Positions 12,191 to 24,489 of a stretch of DNA of 64,000 nt are shown here, piece by piece; position 1 is the first letter of the stretch, and each line of letters starts with the position of its first letter. Origin of the DNA: Camelus ferus. Taxonomy: Eukaryota. The notes beneath the pieces were generated by a model. It made no database searches. It was given only the letters and a program-made list of their open reading frames with translations, and was not told the DNA's origin. The stretch spans positions 78,618,001-78,682,000 of the forward strand of contig NC_045696.1 of the NCBI RefSeq assembly GCF_009834535.1. The letters are read 5' to 3'. Both the position numbers and the translations under genes were made by a program.

Positions 12191-14914
12191 TTTACAGAGA
12201 TGAGAAGCCGGTTTTACCGTTGGGCACAGATAAATTAAGGAACAAAGATGACATGTATATGATTTTAGACTGCATGTCTTTTAAGACTAACTAGAAAACA
12301 GGCAGCCAAGAAAACAACTCAAATTCATGGGCCATACCACAGAAATGATTTATTTTCAAGTGATTTTACACAGTTAGCCTTCAGAAGGCTTAGACAGGAA
12401 TATAAGTAGTTGGACCCCTGTTCCATTAGCCTCTTCCAACTGTAATACAAATACTACTGATAATCTAATAAAGATTTTGATCAACTTTTTTTTAAATTAT
12501 GTAATTGTATTATTGGCTTTATTACGCTTTATCTTAAACCATAAGTCCAATCCCCTAAATATTTGATTTAAGAAATCCTAAATACTCAATTTAAGAAAAA
12601 CCAACAGATGAGAATACTCAATTGAAGGAAACTTTTTAAAAAATGTCAACAGATAAAGTTCTGATGCTGTTTTTCTGAAACTAAAGTGATCTAATGCACT
12701 TTCTGAAAAACATAACTGATAATCTTTTTGAGCATATCTATAAACTTTGAACATTCCAGCCATTAAAGAAAAGGTAACTAAAAACATGGGTCAACTACTT
12801 TTGTTCACTTACTCATTTAAAATGCAAACTAGTTAACAAATAAACAAATAAATGTAAACTAGAGCCCAAACCCATAATACATCTACTGGGTGAGACTGAT
12901 ATTACAAAGTCACAATAAAAAAAAATGGAATCAGAATATCCCTTTAGATGAGTAGGGCAAGTTGCAAGAGTTAGGCAGAACTGTGTATTTTCCAGATGTC
13001 TAGCAAAGAAAATAATAGATTCATATTCCTCTTGCTGTAACTTCAGTAAATAAAAGATTTAAAACACTTACATGTGGCTATCACACAATACCAATTCTTA
13101 AGAACTGTATTTTTTATCTTAGACTGTAAGCATCCTGCTGATGGTAATTATGCCTATTAACTTATATGATAAAAGATAGTATCTTTTTCAGTTATGCTTT
13201 TTTAAAATAATGATAATAAATCAAGGAAAAAATAGTGTGACAGAATAACTGAGTTTAAGCTTACCTATGGGAAATATAAAATATTTGGCCACTCATTAAT
13301 TTTGAAGGTGGGACTCAGAAAAAAATAGATGTGGTCTTAGTGATAAAGAGCAGTCCTCTTGTGTCTGAAGATCTAAAAACAGATGGAAGAGTATTCCTCT
13401 TTCTGTAATATGCCATTATTTTTTCTTAGATTATGTTCATTTCAACCTTTGAAATCAAGTTCTAAATATTCAAATAAGGAAGGACATAAATCCTTGCTTT
13501 TCCAAGTAATGTGTGGACAAAAGCTTTAAAAGAGTGGAAAAGGAAAAATATAATAGCATGCAAACTCTCTGTGTACCCAAGAGGCTGAGACATTATCATA
13601 ATGCCTCTATTATGGCAATTGCTGAAATTTAATGCTTGCAGATTTGACCCTATGGAGTATAGTGCAGCTTTTGCTGTAATAAAACACTTACTGTAAATGC
13701 TTAACCTTGAATAGAGTCTATGTTAATACAATTCCACAATAGATATTTTGACAACTGTCATTATATATTTAATGTATAAGCCACTTTGAACCATCTTATG
13801 TTACTTTTCCGGGTATCTGAAGTATCTTGCTTCATCCTTGCAAGGATGTATTGCTTTCCAGAATCTTTATGGGTCAAGACTCCACATACACTATTAAAAA
13901 AAAAAAAAAAAAAAAAAAGACTGGCATGGTACTATGGTGATTATTCAAGATTTAAAGAACTTAATAGAAAAAAATTATTCATGAAGCAGCATGTTTAAAA
14001 GTGCACACAGGTACAGTTTGATAGGTTATATATGATTCAGAATAAAATCATATAATTGGCAACACTTACCATATTATGGATTTATGCTGGTCTTTGCCAT
14101 TACTTTGCATTAGTGTTATCTCAACTGCTTGCTATTTAATAACCTTGTATTAAGTCATTATGTTTCATTTACAGGTGACAATCAGAAAGATGTAAATATG
14201 GCTTTCCTTGCCTTTGCAGAACAACTACAGTGAACAGCGTGTCTATCTTACAGCTTGAATTATATTCGCATTAGCTAAATGGAACCCAGATGTTGTCTGT
14301 TTCATTTCTTAAAATAATAAATGTAGAAAACTAGAAATGTTTTGAAAAGCAATCAAACAAAAACTGAAGTCTTCTTAGAAATAAATGATGAATATCTTCA
14401 TATAAATGCCATATAAAGATAGAATTTGTAAAGGAAAGCAGAAATGGCTGTAGTTCCTATTATCCAATGAGAATCATTCATTTCCCAAAGCTATTTGTAT
14501 ATTCTATTAAGTGTAGCCATAATTCTTTTGTTGTTGTTGTTTTATCATATATTAATTTCACTCTCTGGTAATACAGCTTGCAGAATTTTCTTGAAATAAA
14601 AGCAAATATGTTTATCTTTCTCAAGTTCAGATATTTCACAGTCAGCTAGTTTATTTTCAAGCTATTGATCTCAACACTGCCCATTTACTCTATAGTCCAC
14701 TGACATTCTTTCCTTCCCCATCATGCCCCGAAACAACTCTCCTGAAGATAACAAATGGCAATCTAACCACAAAATCCAATGGATAATCTTTTATACAATT
14801 CATTAGCTTATATTTCTCTTTCTCCCTCTTACCTGGTACTTTCAGTAAATTACAATATCCTGTTGATTTACCTTCTTATTATCTTTAATATCCATCTCTT
14901 TTAATCATAATAGA

Positions 14915-15270
14915 CTTCATTGTGCAACAGAAACAATTTCCAAATCACTATAGCTTAATACAGTGGAGATTTGTGGCTTGTAACATGTGTCCATTGTGGT
15001 TCAGCAGGAGGCTCTGCTCAAGGTAGTAACTCAGAGAACCAGGCAATGGAGTAGCCACAGTACTGTGCCAGAGACAACAGAGAGTTCTAGAGAATTCTGC
15101 ATTTGTGTTTAAGGTTCAAATACAGAGATGAACTGCATTACAATGCATTGGCCAGTATCACTTGGCTCCACCCAACCAGGAAGACTCAGGAAGTGCAACA
15201 CTACCATGTGCCTGAAAGGGGGGTTAGGATGTCTGTAAATATTTGTTGGATAGTACTAATTGTAACAAAC
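14915..15270 (-). mobile_element. MLT1 (ERVL-MaLR) solo LTR, old subfamily (K/L-like)
   Basis: 'tgtgtccattgtggttcagcaggaggctctgctc', 'cattggccagtatcacttggctccacccaacc', 'aaatatttgttggatagtactaat'. Confidence 0.7.
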
Positions 15271-15279
15271 CATAATTTT

Positions 15280-16745
15280 TCAAAGCTCCTTACTGATGAC
15301 AAAATCAAATCTATATCCTATATGTTGACTCTCCTCTCTCTCTGAACCCTTCCTTTCTCAATTATCTTCACACTCACTACTAAGAATTTGTGTTCCAAAG
15401 ATGCTGAATTACTTGCAGGTTTTTTTAGAAAATGACATTGTTGCATGCATGAATGAATTGTTTTAACTTTATCATCCCATCTGCTTCTCTAGTACTAGAA
15501 AACTGTCTTTTCAGTGTTAACTCAAAATATACCTTCTCTCTGAAATCTTCCCTGACCCCACCCAAATTTTGTTTCATACTTTCTATATAATTTCCCTTCA
15601 TTAAAATAAATGTTATTGAACTATTTGCGCTTCTATTCCCACTAGACTGTAAACAATGAGGTCGGAGGGTACATCACTTCAAATTTAGGTCCCTGACATC
15701 TAAGATAAAAGATAAACTCATAAACATGTATAATGGCCAAATCCAAATACCTGACTTCTCTATCATTTAACCTATTTGAAGACTGTTTTTTAAAATTATT
15801 TGGATTTTTGGCTTCCATAACAGAATTCTATTTAAATTTTCTTTCCATCTCCCTCATAGTCCCTCTGAAAGTTTGCTGCTGCTTTTCAAGAGGTAAAATA
15901 ATTCATTCATCAAATATATATGTGGTAATGGTAGAGATGCAAGGGTCTAACCTCATGCTTCCTAGGTCAGTACCAACGACTTCAACTATCATCTATACAT
16001 ATGGATGACTGCCAAATCTCAATCTGCAGTCCAGTTCTCTGTCAAGCTATACAAAATTGTGTGCAACCAACTACATGCCATTCTCATTTCATCACCCCAC
16101 AAGTCAAACTCAAAATTTTTTCCTCAAATCCATTTTTGTGTCTTCTCTTTCTAGGTTGATTGTCATAACACAGTGACTCAAAATACAGCCTGGGAATAAT
16201 TCTATGCTCCACCTTTTCTCTTTCACTCCCACATTGAATCAGTGAACAAATCATGCTGTGTTCCTAGTCTGTTACCATTTCTTACTTCCAAGTCTCCATC
16301 TTTTCTTGGCTTAAATTTTTGCATCCTTATAGATCTCTCCATTCTAGTTTTGCCATCTTCCTATTCATCCTTCCCTCTACCATTAGATTTATCTAAAATG
16401 CCAATCTGATTGTGTCACTCTATTTGCAATCCATCAACAGCTCCTTGTGGCTTTAGCCTGACACCTAAGGATGCACCTATCCAGGTTTTGCACACTATGA
16501 TCTATCTAATCCAAATGACTTTTGAGCCAATAAAGCTATAATTCTTCAACTCTCTGTGCCTTTCACATTCAGTATTTTTCACCCTTCATTCCTCACTTAT
16601 CATTCAAAGCTCAGCTCAAAATTTCCTTGTTCAGCCAACCTTCTCTGAAGAACTTTACATACTTTTCTATCCTTGGATGATGAACTCCTCTAGAGTGCCT
16701 ACCCAGTACAATGTCCCGCAGAAAATGCTCAATACTAAGTACATT
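15280..16745 (+). mobile_element. L2 LINE fragments
   Basis: 'ccccactagactgtaaac', 'gatgactgccaaatctc', 'atctaaaatgccaatctgattgtgtcactc', 'tcattcaaagctcagctcaaa', 'aaatgctcaata'. Confidence 0.7.
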
Positions 16746-16778
16746 TTAGGAAGAGAAAGAAAGAAGTGCCAAGAAGAT

Positions 16779-16779
<1 letters not shown>

Positions 16780-16843
<64 letters not shown>
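16780..16843. repeat. Compound tetranucleotide microsatellite (TAGA)12(CAGA)4
   Basis: Counted directly. Confidence 0.95.
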
Positions 16844-17639
16844 TAGGTATGAATGAAAGTAATTGCTCTATAATATAATTAAGAAAGTATTGGAAAAAAT
16901 TAGACTATATAATATGCATACTCTCTCAACTAGAAAAAATAAAGAAGATAGAACAGACTTTGTTTCTTATACCACTTTCTTGATTTTGGTTAATTAATCC
17001 AAGGACAGTTAGAGGAGCAGAACAAACTGGGGGGAGATGGTAAAAGATCAACACATCTTGGTAATTAATAATGGAAGTCAAGCCATATCATTTTATTTAT
17101 AAACAAAAATTTTTAGATTTAAAATATCTAATGTATATTTAATCTAAAAGACTGAAAAAAACTATTATGCTTGCATATAAAAGCATTGGTGGCAGCAGGC
17201 AGCAATAGTGAAGTGTTCCCTTCCTTGTCAATACTTTAAATATAAGAGCAAATTTGTCCTTTCAGAGTTAAAACTAGTAAATCCAGACATAATGATAAAG
17301 TTAGCCATGAGGAATTTAGAAATAAACAGAAATCAATCAAGACATTTGGGTATAATAACCTGATTTTAATTCAGAAGCAGAAATATTCTACTGCCCCTAT
17401 TTGGGAAAAACTAACCATGAACATAAAGATACCGGGTCAACTGCCCTACAGCATTAAGAGTGAGCAGTCGAAACACTCAAAAGGGAGAACATATACCCAG
17501 AATTGTCCACCTAAAAATAAGTCCTTAGGAAAGATACATTTATGTTACCAGACAAGTCTGTTCAATTGTTGGCAGGGAAAATTCTTCAGGCCTCATTCAA
17601 ACTGTGTGAAATACACACAAAATTATCTACCAAATAACT

Positions 17640-18400
17640 AGAAGGAAAATAAGTGTCTCTAAAATATATGAAAAGGTAATATATGAAAAGGCATACAACC
17701 TCACTTAGAAAAATGCAGTTGTCATCTATATTAATATATTGTTTCCATATACACCAATTGACAAAAATACCAGATTTGACCATACACTTAAACGCTTTGG
17801 CTATGGGATGACAAAAAACATCTTACATATTTCTTGGAATAGTATAAATTAGCACAACCACAGAGAGGAAGTTTGGCAATAACTATCAAAACCACAATAT
17901 ACTTCAACCCAAAAATCCTATCTCTGGGGATTTATCTTACTGATACAGTTGAAATGTACTAAATGATACATGAACAAAATTTTTTGTCACAGTAAAAGGC
18001 TGGAAACAACTCAAATACCCAGCAACAGGTACTGATCAAATTAACATACAATGGAATATTATGCTGCTCTTAAAAATAATGCCACTTTCTATTTAGAAAT
18101 GAAAAAATGTCTTCAAGGTTCGTTGTTAAAAGATAAATATAAGGAATGGAATACAGTCTGTAGTATGCTGCCATACCAGTACAGTAAGAATATATATTTC
18201 TATTTGCTTGTTATGCGTTAAAAACCAAGGGAAAAAAATAGGTAAAAATGCCATCATGGCAGTGACTGAGGGACTAGATAGATGAGGGACTGGTGGAAGC
18301 AGACATTTAGTTCTACACCTCTTTGTATTGTTTGATTTGTAAACCATGTAAATATTTTACTTATTCTGAAAGTATGAAAAAAAAAAACAATTAAATTAAA
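17640..18400 (+). mobile_element. Old L1 (L1ME-like) ORF2 end and 3' UTR
   Basis: 'tatgaaaaggcatacaacctcact', 'ggctggaaacaactcaaatacccagcaacagg', 'catacaatggaatattatgc'. Confidence 0.8.
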
Positions 18401-21395
18401 ACAAGACAAGAAAATTTGCACACCTTTACCCAAACTCTTTAATTCCCAGGAAGCCTTCTGAGCATTTATTGGACTTTCTGGATAAACCAATACCAAGGAA
18501 GAAGTTTCCCAGAAAAAAGATTATAGCCTCCATCTTAACACAATAAACAAATTGCAAGTTTGCCTCATACACTTTTTTCATTAGGCATGTGACTGGCGTG
18601 AGTCTGAGTATCTGATAAAATCAACACTAGGACACTGACAGGACTATGGGCCAGAGGTATAAGGATGGAGCACTCATCAAAATGAATCCTATGAGCTTAT
18701 AAGCCTTTCAAGTAAACAGCCATTTAGACTTGACCTCTTATCACTCAGAACACATATAATGTGTGTCCTTTTATGTACAAGTAACTCCTTGATAATTGTT
18801 AAGTTGAATTACATGGAAAAACTTTTACATTTTAAATACTGATATATTTGCAATGCAGAAGACTGAACAGTAAACTCAAATGGATTATGCACTTAAAACT
18901 GTTTGCTCTCACTTTCATACAGGGGACATTGATGGAGGGCACAAACATAAGGCTTCACTCACTTACATTTAACCAAGTCTCACTTGTTTCTTTTAAACTA
19001 CCACTTTGTTCTGGCCTCCACAACCTTCCTCTCCCTTCCCATTGCCCTTTGCATATAGTCTAAACTTCATTTTCATTATTATTGAGGTCTATCTTTCCTT
19101 CATCCTCATTTAGAACAAGTTACAGAAATTTGCCTTCTTGTTTGTATAGAAAATAGCAAAAAGTAAAAACTTTGTAACTTTGTATGTAACTAGTCTTAGT
19201 AACTGTTATATATTATATTATAACTGGTATGCTTAATCATTACACAGTTCAGTTGTATGCTAATAACCTCAAATTTATATCAAATCAAAACTCCTACAAT
19301 TATAAAACTTGAGTAAATCTTATTAAGATATTGTCACTTTTTAATTATAAAATATCTCTTCTGTATATTTATAAAATGGGTTTTGGGATATGTGAGAAAG
19401 AGATGCTTTTTTCTAAGGCTAAACAATTCCTTTAAGATGTCTGGGGGACAAGAGTCCTTATACTTAGAAATATACCAAACGAAACTAGCCCAGGCAAGAA
19501 GTAAGTAGTTTATCAGCACTGCACAATATCTAATCCTCAACACTTGTCTTCAAAACTTAAATTATGCATTGGGGTCTCCAATTCAATTCTGTCTAACCTG
19601 AGATTTGAGATATAAGATTTTGATTTCTGGAGTCTCTTATGCAGTGTATTTAAAAGCCAGGTATTGACTCTACTGCCCATCATTGACATAGTGTTCCTAG
19701 ATCATGAACAAAATCTGATCAGGTGCTCCCCTGTTAATGACGTGACCAGGTATTAATTCCATCTCTGTAAAGTCCATGCCTGGAAGAATGCCACATTTGT
19801 GAGTAGTCCTGACTTCTGACACACAAGTTGTTTGAGTCAGATAGTGCTTTACCTCAGAGTCAGGGAAAACCAAATTCATTTAATGGGCAGCTGTGATGTG
19901 GGTGATATCAAAAACTGCACATAAGAAATGATGCCTAGAAATCATTCCCTCTGAATTTTAAAGGCTGAGTAAAAAGCCAGGGAGTAGGCAAACGATGCTA
20001 ACAGAAACAGAAGGAATGTAAGAATCAATGAAAGAAAGAATATTTTCTTCCATACTTTTAAAAGTCATTGCTAGGCCCCCCTAAACATGAAAGTTAGAAT
20101 CATTAGTTAGCTGATTACTCAGAAATTCAGCAAAATCATATTAAATTTCATGTAAAGTGTCAAAAGGGAAGATGGTGTCAAAAGGGACAATCTATGTTAG
20201 AGTATCAGCATATGGGATAATATTTTAAAAGATATAATTTTAATGTTTGCACATGCTAAACAGATGATAAATGAAGTAAAATAAGCAAAAGCAAATTAAT
20301 TGGTCAATTCAAATCTCTTAGGATATATGTATGACTGGGGAAGGAAAGAGACAGAAACTGTAATTAACTGGATGATTATTGGACAGACAGATCAATGCAG
20401 CATTGGTAGATTATCTCATTTATATATCATGTCACCTTGCATGGTCCCTAGCACATAACTTAATAAATGTTCTTAACAACATGCTTAATAAATGTGTTTT
20501 GTCATAGGCATAGAGACGTGTTTAGTGTTTTATTTCTGTTAGAGGTGGTGTTTCTTTACCCCTCAGATGCCTTGCCTCCATAACACTTTATAGTGGATTC
20601 CAACTCCAGGTCAGTAAGTGCTACAAAGTATTGTGTAAAAACTATAAAGGGGAAGTTATTGTATTGGTTTAGCTTTGAAAACTATTAAGTATCACTTAAT
20701 GAAAGAGAAAGCCTAGGAAAAAACTGACCTATAACACACAGTAAGGAAAGCCTTAACTTCCAGCACACAAGGTGTTCAGATAAGAGTATGAGTAAATATA
20801 CCTCCTCTCTTATCTCCTGGCTTGGAATTCCTTGAGGGCATCCCCATAGTCTACTAATGTGCAAAAGGACCAAAGGACTGGAGAGCTTCTTGGACCCATT
20901 CTGTCTCCCACAATGGAGGTTCTTTCATTTGATACAAGCATGGAAAAAAAAAAAAATGACCATGGAAAATCCAAGTAAGTTTTGCTTTTTCCTAAGATGA
21001 CTAATTCTTTTATCTTTTAAAAAAGAAATATTTCCTGTTTTTTTGTTTATTTTTATTTTTAAGTACTCCTCCTTTAGAGCCTTAATATATGCCTCGTCCA
21101 CCTAATCCTCTTTCTTCCTCTGTCTCCCTTTCTCCCTCTCTCTCCTATTCTCTCTTCCTCTTCTAAATCTAAGAGAACAGAGACAGACAGGAGGAAAAAA
21201 AAGAAAACAATAAACATGATTTTTAAAAGCCTCATCTTCTACCATGAGTCAGAATTCCTTCTAAAAACCAGTGGGGTAAAAGTGAGAAAAGCAAAGAAAA
21301 TTAATTATCCTTTCGGAATTATAATGCTAGATGGAATTAAATAAAAATATGAAAAAAATTAGTTATATCCCTTCAAAAGCTCACTTTTTATTTTA

Positions 21396-21882
21396 TTTTT
21401 TCAGCTTTTTTTCAATTTTTAAATTTTTAATACAATTTTTGAAGTTTACTTTGCATTTACAGGCATTACAAATATTGGCTATATTCCCTGTGCTGTACAA
21501 TACATCCTTGAGCCTGTCTTACACCCAGTAGTTTATACCTCCCACTCCCCCACCCCCAAACTGCCCCTCCCTCCTACACTCTCCTCACTGGTAATCACTA
21601 GTTTGTTCTCTATATCTGCGAGTCTGCTTCTTTGTTATATTCACTAGTTGTTGTATTTTTTTAGATTCCACATATAAGTGACATCAGACAGTTTTTGTCT
21701 TTCTTCGTCTCACTTATTTCACTTAGTACAATGCCCTCCAAGTTCATCCATTTTGCTTCAAATGGCAGAATTTCATTCTTTTTTATTAAATAAAATCAAA
21801 ATAGATTAGAAACCTAAATGTAAGACCAGATGCTTTAAAATTCTTGGAGGAAACACAGGCAGAACACTCTGACGTAAATCAC
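21396..21882 (-). mobile_element. Cetartiodactyl-type L1 3' end with 5' inversion (twin priming)
   Basis: Poly-T, then antisense L1 3' UTR/ORF2 end to ~21787, then ~95 bp of sense-oriented upstream ORF2 ('acctaaatgtaagaccagatgctttaaaattcttggaggaaacacaggcagaacactctgac'). Flanked by a 15-bp near-identical direct repeat at 21381-21395 and 21879-21893. Confidence 0.85.
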
Positions 21883-22879
21883 TTTTCATTTTAGTAAATT
21901 TCACTTACACTATTACAGTTGTCAAATTAATAGAGGTAAAAGTAATGAAATTGTTTAGTATTTTAACTGGAAGGAGAAATGATATAAATTTTTAATGTCT
22001 CAAGTAGAAAAATTTCCCTTTTTCAAAGAAAGCCTACATAAAATAATTTATTTGTCACACTTTTTATGCAGTTAAACTCGAACAATCATGCCTCTTAAGA
22101 AAAATTCCCACAAAAAGTGTCTTAATTGTGGATTTTTCAAAGAGAATGAGCAATTATCACCAAAAAGTTAACTTCTTATAAATAATTTGAGTGTTAAAAA
22201 CATTCTCAAACATAATAAGGCTAAGTATTTTCTGGTTATTCCAAATTCCAATAGGTTACAATTTTATTTATCTTTTGTTATCATATCTTTGTCTTCATTG
22301 TTCTGTTGTGCCATCACTCACTTCCTAAATTCTCACGTATCTGTTTATTGATGATAAAAAAAAAACATACAATGCAAAGGAGCTAACAAAATTTATTATT
22401 TGGTGACTACAGCAAGCACTATTCCTAAATCCCTTCCAATTATGAACACCCTTCCATTCAGATCTCTAAAATGGGAGGAAAAAAGTCAACAAACATACAA
22501 ATACAATAGAAAAAAATAGAAAAGTAGGAATAAACAAGAATCACTCTAATCTTGTACTTTTAATATGTAGTTCTTACCTATTGTACTTCTAGATAAATAG
22601 TTCTATCAGTATCAATGTATTTTGATTTTAATTCTTGATTTTTTATTAAAGTATTTTGAACCTAAATGAGATTAACTTTTATGAGCCCTGCAAGAGTCCT
22701 TTATTTTCTTACTGGAAAGAAAATTTATTGTGAATTGAAAACACATATACTACAGGTGAAAGTAATCCTTTCCCCTGTAAAACATAAGGTTCAATTTCTC
22801 AGAAACAGTAGAGATATAACAGTATCTGCAATCACATTTAAAATTCTTAAGTATTTTTGAAGTTAAAGTGACCTGGGAG

Positions 22880-23180
22880 ATAAACAAAAAGACCTAAATC
22901 AAATATCTAAAAATGAAAACTACAATGTGTGAGGTGAAAATACACAATCATTGAAATTAATGGTAGATTAGCCACTGCTGGAGAAAATTTTAGTAACCTG
23001 AAGACATAGCCACAGAAAAAATTCCAAAATTAAACACAAAGAGAAAAGAGGATTTTTCTTTTAAAGTTATGAATAGAACATCAGCAAGCTGTGGGATGTG
23101 GCCTAATACACATAAAATGGGATTTCTCAAAGGAGAGGAGAGAGATGAAACAGAAAAAATATTTGTAGAAATAATGGCCA
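22880..23180 (+). mobile_element. Old L1M ORF1 fragment
   Basis: 'aaaatgaaaactacaatgtgtgaggtgaaaatacac', 'gtaacctgaagacatagc', 'cagaaaaaatatttgtagaaataatggcc'. Confidence 0.75.
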
Positions 23181-23224
23181 GTGCACAAGAAATACAAGAA
23201 AGAAATACAAAAAGAAACCGATTA

Positions 23225-23897
23225 AAAAGTTATGGTGATGTTGACAGTGTGAGAGGCCGTGCTTGGGCAAGAGGATACAAGGGAATTCTATACTTTCTGC
23301 TCAATTTTGCTATGAAACTGTCGGGGTCCAGGGTGAACCACACCAAAATACGCCTCAGCGGTATATTGATTGTTTTAATTACAGTTACTTCAGAAATGGC
23401 TGATTCAGGAGGGACACTTTGGCCCTCTTCTCTGTCTCCCTGAAGGCAGGAAATAAATCTTCCATGTGAGAGGTACCCTGTCTCTATGGGAGGCACGGGT
23501 AAGGTAATGGTAGAAAGATAATCTGTATCACCAGAAACATGGGGACTTCAGGGCCAAAAAGCCTACATAAACACACCTTGTTACTTCTTCACTAATCTAC
23601 CCAAGTCCAAACTTTGCTATCTTTCTACTAATTAATCATCTAAACCTTAGTTCCTTTGTCCTGCCAATTCCTCTCAAATTTATTGTTTCTTTCTCTAAAA
23701 AACATAAAAGCTGCCTGCTTTGGCAACTTCTCAGGTCCTATTTCTATGAGACCTCCATGTGCACGAATTAAATTTGTTTCTGCTCTTCCTGTTAATCTGT
23801 CTTGTGTCGATTTCTAGCCACCAGAACTCAAAAAGAGTAGAGGGGAAACTTCCTCCCACAACAAACCTAAAACTGATCTAAGAAACAAAGTCCACTG
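23225..23897 (+). mobile_element. L1MC-like 3' terminus split by an LTR
   Basis: 'tactttctgctcaattttgctatgaaac' resumes after the LTR as 'aacctaaaactgatctaagaaacaaagtc'. Confidence 0.75.
23319..23863 (+). mobile_element. Solo ERV1 LTR, MER34-like
   Basis: TG...CA termini; 'caccaaaatacgcctc', 'aaggcaggaaataaatct', 'cataaaagctgcctgctttgg', 'attaaatttgt...cctgttaatctgtct'. Probable 4-bp TSD AAAC/AACC (1 mismatch). Confidence 0.8.
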
Positions 23898-24445
23898 ACA
23901 GACGACTAAATGTCCATCAACAGATCTCTAGCTAAAGAAACTGTGGTATATTTCTTCAATGGAATACTACTCAGCTATAAAAAAGAATGAAATAATGCCA
24001 TTTGCAGCAACATGGACCAACCTGGAGATCATCATTCTAATGAAGTAAGCCAGAAAGAGAAAGAAAAATACCATGTATCACTCATATGTGGAATCTAAAA
24101 AAAGAAAAAAGAAAAGAAAAGAAAATAGAAGACACTAATGAATTTACCTACAAAACAGAAACAAACGCACAGACATAGTTAACAAACTTATGGTTATCGG
24201 GGAGAAAGCAGGTGGGAAGGGATAAATTGGGAGTTTGAGATTTGCAAATACTACTATATACAAAATAGATAAACAAGCTTCTTCTGTATAGCACAGGAAA
24301 CTATATTCAATATCTTGTAGTAACCTATAATGAAAAAGAATATGAAAATGAATATATGTTATACATATATTCATACATAAGAGTGAAACATTATGCTGTA
24401 CACCAGAAATTGACACATTGTAAACTGACTATACTTCAGTATTTT
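23898..24445 (+). mobile_element. Young 5'-truncated L1 3' end, cetartiodactyl (camelid-like)
   Basis: 'atgccatttgcagcaacatggac', 'ggataaattgggagtttgagatttgcaaata', 'gctgtacaccagaaattgacacattgtaaactgactatacttca'. Confidence 0.85.
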
Positions 24446-24489
24446 TAATGTATTAAAATAATAAATTTACCAGATGTAATCTCAGTTTA

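Noticed and set aside
13896..13918. A23 tract as a tiny retroposed insertion
   Set aside because: It follows TT/AAAA, but only a 6-bp flanking repeat (aagact) is visible and there is no recognisable element body; simple slippage explains it equally well.
18966..19110. Purine-rich minus-strand segment ending in AAT|gtaagt
   Set aside because: It resembles a degenerate L2 fragment and has no good acceptor.
22578..22661. 84-nt minus-strand exon-like segment open until a terminal TAG
   Set aside because: The acceptor is weak, the sequence is extremely AT-rich, the peptide is unrecognised, and such pseudoexons are expected by chance.
23069..23496. Longest ORF (124 aa, +) and its antisense partner
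   Set aside because: It reads across a degenerate L1 ORF1 piece, an L1 3' end and an LTR, so it is a chance chimeric frame.
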